DNA of 62,944 nucleotides from Candidatus Thorarchaeota archaeon (GTDB lineage Archaea; Asgardarchaeota; Thorarchaeia; Thorarchaeales; Thorarchaeaceae): NCBI GenBank assembly GCA_003345545.1, contig PRDH01000009.1, positions 1 to 62,944 of the forward strand, read 5' to 3'. Shown piece by piece: positions 58,385 to 62,944 of this stretch (position 1 is its first letter; each line of letters starts with the position of its first letter). The notes under the pieces were generated by a model. It saw only the letters and a program-made list of their open reading frames with translations, ran no database searches and was not told where the DNA came from. The position numbers and the translations under genes were made by a program.

Positions 58385-58932
58385 TGAACTCAATGGTCGA
58401 GAAAGCAATGAGTAGACGTGATCATGCCTTTTCCTTTGTGCTGCCCTTTGTCGTGCTTATCATTGTTCCTGCTTTTCTATTGATGCTCAGTACTGATAGT
58501 TTCCTTGCCTGGGAGTCTGATCCCGTGATCAACATCCTTCTGAAGTCAGCGGGTTTCGCGCTTATGTTCTCTGGAGTCGCTCTTCTAGTTGTATGCATTC
58601 GATTGTTCTCAAGAATCGGACAAGGTACTCTGGCTCCGTGGGCTCCCACTCAGAAGCTCGTCGTGGAGGGGCCCTACAGAAGAACTCGAAGCCCTATGAT
58701 ATCCGGTGTCTTGATAGTACTCCTTGGCGAATCCATTCTCTTTTCATCGCTCTCCATCTTCTTCTGGTTTGTTCTTGCTTGGGCGATGAATCACATCTAC
58801 TTCATCAAGTCTGAAGAACCTGCCCTCCTTGCACGTTTTGGAGATGATTTTCGAGTCTATATGGAAAATGTGCCGCGATGGATTCCGCGACGTACTCCCT
58901 GGTATCCTGAACCCAATCATGAAAGTAATTAG
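58384..58932 (+). CDS. Isoprenylcysteine carboxyl methyltransferase / PEMT-family membrane methyltransferase
   Basis: GQGTLAPW, LVVEGPY..TR.PM, EE..L..RFG..F..Y...VPRWIP. Confidence 0.85.
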   Translation: MNSMVEKAMSRRDHAFSFVLPFVVLIIVPAFLLMLSTDSFLAWESDPVINILLKSAGFALMFSGVALLVVCIRLFSRIGQGTLAPWAPTQKLVVEGPYRRTRSPMISGVLIVLLGESILFSSLSIFFWFVLAWAMNHIYFIKSEEPALLARFGDDFRVYMENVPRWIPRRTPWYPEPNHESN

Positions 58933-59636
58933 ACAGGTCGAAGGTCTGGTGCATTACGCCATCGGTTGTTGTGCTCATTCAGTGGACTCCATGGAGACCT
59001 CTGATCTCCCCAGCGCCCCTTGAATGCATTGAAGTTGGTATCAGCAAGTGATTTCAGGTTCTGTTCTGTATGCCACATTGCACCGTTATCTGCAATCTTG
59101 TCACAGAACAATCGAGCATAGCATCTTGGTTGACTAGTCGGTGATGGATAATGAGCATGAGATCCTAGAGCCACCCATGCATGGAGATGAGTGTCCTCCA
59201 GCATAGCTGCCTCCGTGGCAAATCCCGGAAACGTCCCACTGCTTGCAGCAATTCTCGCACTATCATGGTTTGATAGTAGGCAGACCGGATCAAGTCCTTG
59301 GAAGAGGCGTACTTCAATGTGCTCCCAATCTCCCAGATGCTTTCCAATTCCGAGAGGTCCGGTTGGGAAGTCGTTGTAATTGTACCATATCCAATAACGG
59401 ATCTGAGTAAGGTTGTCATCAGTCCATGACCCAAAGTAGCGGGGAGCTGATCTGTCGAGTGTCTTTGGTGCCTTGCCCTCTCCAAAGAGTGTCCAGTCCA
59501 TGTGATAGCGTTTGAAAACCTCCTCCGCGTCTGACGGAAAACAGCAGTGTTCACCCTCTTTTGGGTGAAAGTGAAGAACTGGCGCGAATCCCCGGACTAG
59601 CTGCTGAATACTCATGGCTTCCCAATACGTGTTCAT
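58929..59636 (-). CDS. Vps62-like (DUF946) protein
   Basis: FAPVLHFH, YWIWYNYN, HLGDWEHI, ALGSHAHY, F.GRWG. Confidence 0.75.
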   Translation of the reverse strand: MNTYWEAMSIQQLVRGFAPVLHFHPKEGEHCCFPSDAEEVFKRYHMDWTLFGEGKAPKTLDRSAPRYFGSWTDDNLTQIRYWIWYNYNDFPTGPLGIGKHLGDWEHIEVRLFQGLDPVCLLSNHDSARIAASSGTFPGFATEAAMLEDTHLHAWVALGSHAHYPSPTSQPRCYARLFCDKIADNGAMWHTEQNLKSLADTNFNAFKGRWGDQRSPWSPLNEHNNRWRNAPDLRPV

Positions 59637-59697
59637 ATCGTGCTCGTTAAATCAATGTTGATGATAGCTATGAGCGAACATATGAGGTCAGGGTACA

Positions 59698-60477
59698 ATG
59701 GACAATCGAACAATCAGGGAATTGGAGTTGCTCGGTCACCATGCCTGGGTTGCTGAGGAGAAGATGCGACTGGGCGGCTGGCTACTGAGGGCAGACCATG
59801 GGGTGACCAGACGTGCAAACAGTGTACTACCCCTGAAGTCTCCCGGTCTGCCACTTTCTCTTGCCATTGACTCAGCAGTTGAGTTCTATGTTTGTAGGAA
59901 CCTTACTCCTAGGTTTCAGATGACCGAAGCAAGTCAGCCGAGGGAACTTGACGAGGAGTTGGCACAGAGGGGGTTCTCAGTAGGACTTCAAGTAGATGTC
60001 TGGACCGCCGACCTCTCGACGCTCGTTGGAGCTCGGTCTGCGTGTGAAACCGAGATCCTGCCCGAAGTGACTGATGAGTGGACTGATACATACCGCATAG
60101 CATCAGGTCACGAGTCCTCAACAATGACTACTCGGTTCGCAATCATGAAGAGAGCCAATCAGCCCAGTACTTATGTCAAGGCCTCAATCGATGGGTCCGT
60201 TGCAGCAGTCGGTTTTGGAGTCGTCGAGGGCTCTTGGTTGGGTGTGTTCAGCGTCGCAACGTTACCTGACATGAGGCATAGAGGAGCTGCGACAGCAGTA
60301 AGCAGGGAGTTGGGCACATGGGCTAAAGAGCTCGGTGCTGAGCGCGCCTATCTCCAAGTTGAATCAGGCAATACGGAGGCAAAGAATCTCTATGCGAAAC
60401 TGGGTTTCAAACATGCCTACAGATACTGGAACCGAGAATTGATCAAAGGAAAAGAAAGTGAATGCCGCAGCTGCTGA
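59698..60477 (+). CDS. GNAT-family acetyltransferase (tandem GNAT type)
   Basis: GWLLRA..G.TRRANSV, RHRGAA, YLQVE..N..A..LY.KLGF. Confidence 0.88.
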   Translation: MDNRTIRELELLGHHAWVAEEKMRLGGWLLRADHGVTRRANSVLPLKSPGLPLSLAIDSAVEFYVCRNLTPRFQMTEASQPRELDEELAQRGFSVGLQVDVWTADLSTLVGARSACETEILPEVTDEWTDTYRIASGHESSTMTTRFAIMKRANQPSTYVKASIDGSVAAVGFGVVEGSWLGVFSVATLPDMRHRGAATAVSRELGTWAKELGAERAYLQVESGNTEAKNLYAKLGFKHAYRYWNRELIKGKESECRSC

Positions 60478-60514
60478 TTTCCGATATCCTGCGGCACCTT
60501 CTGCTAGTCTAGAC

Positions 60515-61309
60515 TCATAGAGTCTTGATCATCTTCGTGAATTCAGACTTGATCTTCAGGGCACCCTCAGAACCTCCAAAGTCACCTGGTGTGATACTAA
60601 TCTCATGGTCTTTCATGAGAACCTCAATCACCATGACTCCTGGAACTTCGATCTTCATTCCGGGTGTTCCACTTCGGTCGATTCTTTCAGTGTAGACTAT
60701 GTCTGAGTTCTTGATTGTGGCCATCATGAGGTATCCTGCTTTCTTCTCAGCCAACGTCACTGATGGCGCAGGTGCTGAACTAGGAGCAGGTTCTGGTCTT
60801 GGCGCTAAATACCGCGGTCTTGCTGGTTCCTCTCTAACGGTCTTGGCTCTTGCCACAGGTTCAGCTTCTGGTACACGTTTCTTGGTTGGAGCTCCAGCAA
60901 TAGGCTCTTCACGTGCAGCTGACGCTTCCCTCTTGTAGGCCAGTACCTTGTCATCAAAGCTCCATCTTTGGTCCAGCGTGTTTCTGAAGGACATGATGTT
61001 GTTTGCGACATCTGGGTCCGTGTCATCTTTCTCCATCATCTCTACAATCTTTCCAGAAGCAAGCCCAATAGTGGTCACACCAATCTTGTATCCAGACTTC
61101 TGGATCCCTCTCGCCATACGTATTGCATGCATTCTGGTTGGCATGCTCACATGACGGCCAATCCAACTCCAACATGTGTCGTTGTATTCATCGAGTACGA
61201 TTACAGCATTATCGCTGTTTACCAGTCCAGGATCCAATGGTACTGGACTGACCTCCCCTGAATCATCGAGCAACATCAGCATGAACGCTTTCCTTGATAG
61301 GGTCTTCAT
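60515..61309 (-). CDS. Gelsolin-like single-domain protein with Pro/Ala-rich linker and C-terminal domain of unknown function
   Basis: LVNSDNAVIVLDE...CWSWIG...S...R..A...A resembles the gelsolin repeat core. Confidence 0.6.
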   Translation of the reverse strand: MKTLSRKAFMLMLLDDSGEVSPVPLDPGLVNSDNAVIVLDEYNDTCWSWIGRHVSMPTRMHAIRMARGIQKSGYKIGVTTIGLASGKIVEMMEKDDTDPDVANNIMSFRNTLDQRWSFDDKVLAYKREASAAREEPIAGAPTKKRVPEAEPVARAKTVREEPARPRYLAPRPEPAPSSAPAPSVTLAEKKAGYLMMATIKNSDIVYTERIDRSGTPGMKIEVPGVMVIEVLMKDHEISITPGDFGGSEGALKIKSEFTKMIKTL

Positions 61310-61414
61310 TATAGAACGGGGCCTCCTTAGATATAGTATTGTCCCTAGAGCATTCTAGCAATCAGTGCTATTAAAAAATTCTTGGACAGACTCACTCTTC
61401 CTTTACGAGTTCTT

Positions 61415-61681
61415 CTAGGATGCTAAGCTCGTGGAGGTCATGTCTATCTCGCTGTCTACCACGAGGATTGACTGTGTGTCTGCAATACCCTTGATTCTGC
61501 GAACCTTTTCGGTGATTACCTCCACGAGGGTTTCCATGTCACGACCTCGCACTTCCGCGACAATATCATAGGGTCCAAAGACCTTGTGTGCCTCTTCTGT
61601 AACCGAGAGTTCGAGTACCTCCCTGAGAACACTATCTTCCTGTCCAACGTCGGCTTTAATCAGAATGTACGCCTTCACCAT
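61415..61681 (-). CDS. Stand-alone Lrp/AsnC ligand-binding (RAM) domain protein
   Basis: MVKAYILI...G....V...V.GPYDIVA...IRGI..T.S pattern; ATG 61681. Confidence 0.85.
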   Translation of the reverse strand: MVKAYILIKADVGQEDSVLREVLELSVTEEAHKVFGPYDIVAEVRGRDMETLVEVITEKVRRIKGIADTQSILVVDSEIDMTSTSLAS

Positions 61682-61968
61682 ACTTAGAATCACCGGCTCA
61701 GTCCTGCAGGCGAAGAGAAGGAATAGATAATACTTTCCATAGTCCACAAAGCGGCGCTGATTCAACCTATCTCGCCGCAATTTGCTTTATGGTATTGCTC
61801 CAGTCCATCCTTCCTATGGACGATTCTGAATGGAAGAACAAGATTCTGTCTATCACTGTTTCGACTATGGAATGGACTCAAAAACAGCATGAGGACCCGG
61901 TGGCGTCGCCTAAGCAACGGGCTCAACCCACAAACACGTGCAAGAAGGAAAAGATACTGTCTTGAGGG

Positions 61969-62106
61969 TTAGCGTGACATGGCAAACCTGGGGCATTTGC
62001 TCTTATTTACGCCAGGGCTCTCACAGGGTTTGTTCATTCCTGTGTAGAACTTGAAGCCATCAACACCACACTTCCCTTCGGACGCTTTGTATTCCGGACA
62101 AGTCAT
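61969..62106 (-). CDS. Putative 45-aa four-cysteine microprotein (below the ORF-track cutoff)
   Basis: MTCPEYKASEGKCGVDGFKFYTGMNKPCESPGVNKSKCPRFAMSR*; co-oriented with both neighbours in an otherwise empty gap. Confidence 0.55.
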   Translation of the reverse strand: MTCPEYKASEGKCGVDGFKFYTGMNKPCESPGVNKSKCPRFAMSR

Positions 62107-62252
62107 CGATACTTTCTTCCAGTTTGATTTTTCTAGTCCACGGTCCCAAACTACTAGTAGTCCGGCTTGGACTTATTGCAGGCTCCCGCTTGAGACATAT
62201 TAAGCTATTTCGGCTAGCCGGATTCTAGTGTATGAGTCCGCCATGGGTGCCA

Positions 62253-62944
62253 CTATAGACAGCCTCTCTTCTGAAGTACTCCCCTCAAAATTGAAGGGAA
62301 GTCCGTGAATATCCCATCAACTCCGAGATCAAGCAGACGCTCCATTGTGGCCTCGTCATTGACTGTCCAGACATGAACTGCAATGCTATGTTCATGCGCC
62401 TTCTTGATGAACTTCTTCGTCACGATAGTCATTGGTCCTGATTTGATTGGCACTTGGAACGCTCGATAATGAATGTCCATGCTCCTGATTCGAGGAAGTC
62501 CTATCTTCGTACTGAGAAGGAATGTTTTGACCTCTCCCGGGTGAGCACTTGTTGGGACATCAGGTACAAGTTTGCGGAATTGCTCTAGCTGACTATCATG
62601 GAACGAGGCAATCATCACTGAACTCTGTCTGTCCATATCTGAAATAAGATATGCTAACTCTTTTGGTGCTGCCGGGAATGTGTCTTTGATATCCAGGTTG
62701 AAGATCGTCTTTGGATATCTCTCAAAGGCATCCCTTACTGTGACAATCCTGAGACCTTTTCCCCTGAAGGGAAACGTCGCTCCATTATCTTTTGTGAAGT
62801 TATTGCCCAAATCAAACAGCAGCAACTCATCAAGTGTGTACTCGCGGATGGTCCCTAGTTCGCCTGTCGTACGTATCAGATCGTCGTCATGAAAGAGAAC
62901 AATCTGATTATCTTTCGCCAATCGGACATCAGACTCGATAACAT
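62253..62944 (-). CDS. Glycerophosphodiester phosphodiesterase, 5'-truncated by window edge
   Basis: IESDVRLAKD..IVLFHD, NLDIK, ASFH, VHVWTVND, GVDGIFTDFP. Confidence 0.92.
   Translation of the reverse strand, partial: VIESDVRLAKDNQIVLFHDDDLIRTTGELGTIREYTLDELLLFDLGNNFTKDNGATFPFRGKGLRIVTVRDAFERYPKTIFNLDIKDTFPAAPKELAYLISDMDRQSSVMIASFHDSQLEQFRKLVPDVPTSAHPGEVKTFLLSTKIGLPRIRSMDIHYRAFQVPIKSGPMTIVTKKFIKKAHEHSIAVHVWTVNDEATMERLLDLGVDGIFTDFPSILRGVLQKRGCL

Noticed and set aside
61790-61960. Possible ncRNA or SECIS-like element (hairpin GTCCAT-CCTTCCT-ATGGAC at ~61803-61821 and a GC-rich stretch)
   Set aside because: Only a 6-bp stem, no recognisable tRNA/SRP/RNase P/SECIS consensus and no selenoprotein candidate nearby; would need an Infernal/Rfam search
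1-62944. Mobile elements, prophage or defence island
   Set aside because: No transposase, integrase, viral structural or recognisable defence genes, and no obvious compositional break by eye

Overview
Gene-dense archaeal genome segment with about 55 protein-coding genes. I saw no rRNA, tRNA, CRISPR array or transposase. The content (Vps62-like and gelsolin-like proteins, RuBisCO-like form IV protein, fhs/folD/ftcD, tungsten-type AOR, tandem-HTH Lrp regulator) points by inference to an Asgard archaeon, most likely Thorarchaeia. Most genes are ordinary anaerobic heterotroph metabolism. Two loci stand out. (1) A tightly coupled 15-kb minus-strand operon (36625-51649) encodes an ABC-2 permease, an ABC ATPase fused to tandem TrmB-type sugar-binding subdomains, a membrane-anchored subtilase-GIFT protein with site-1-protease-like architecture whose catalytic Ser is replaced by Thr, a second ABC ATPase, and a ~2270-aa surface protein (FG-GAP propeller, very long Ca-binding TSP3-like stalk, TM helix, cytoplasmic beta-sandwich). 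It lies divergent from a glycosidase-fold gene. (2) A MurL-like PP-loop/Zn enzyme sits next to a D-Ala-D-Ala-ligase-like ATP-grasp enzyme, a GNAT and a PLP enzyme (28255-32294), suggesting an unknown small-peptide pathway. All family assignments come from motif recognition by eye; no database searches were run.
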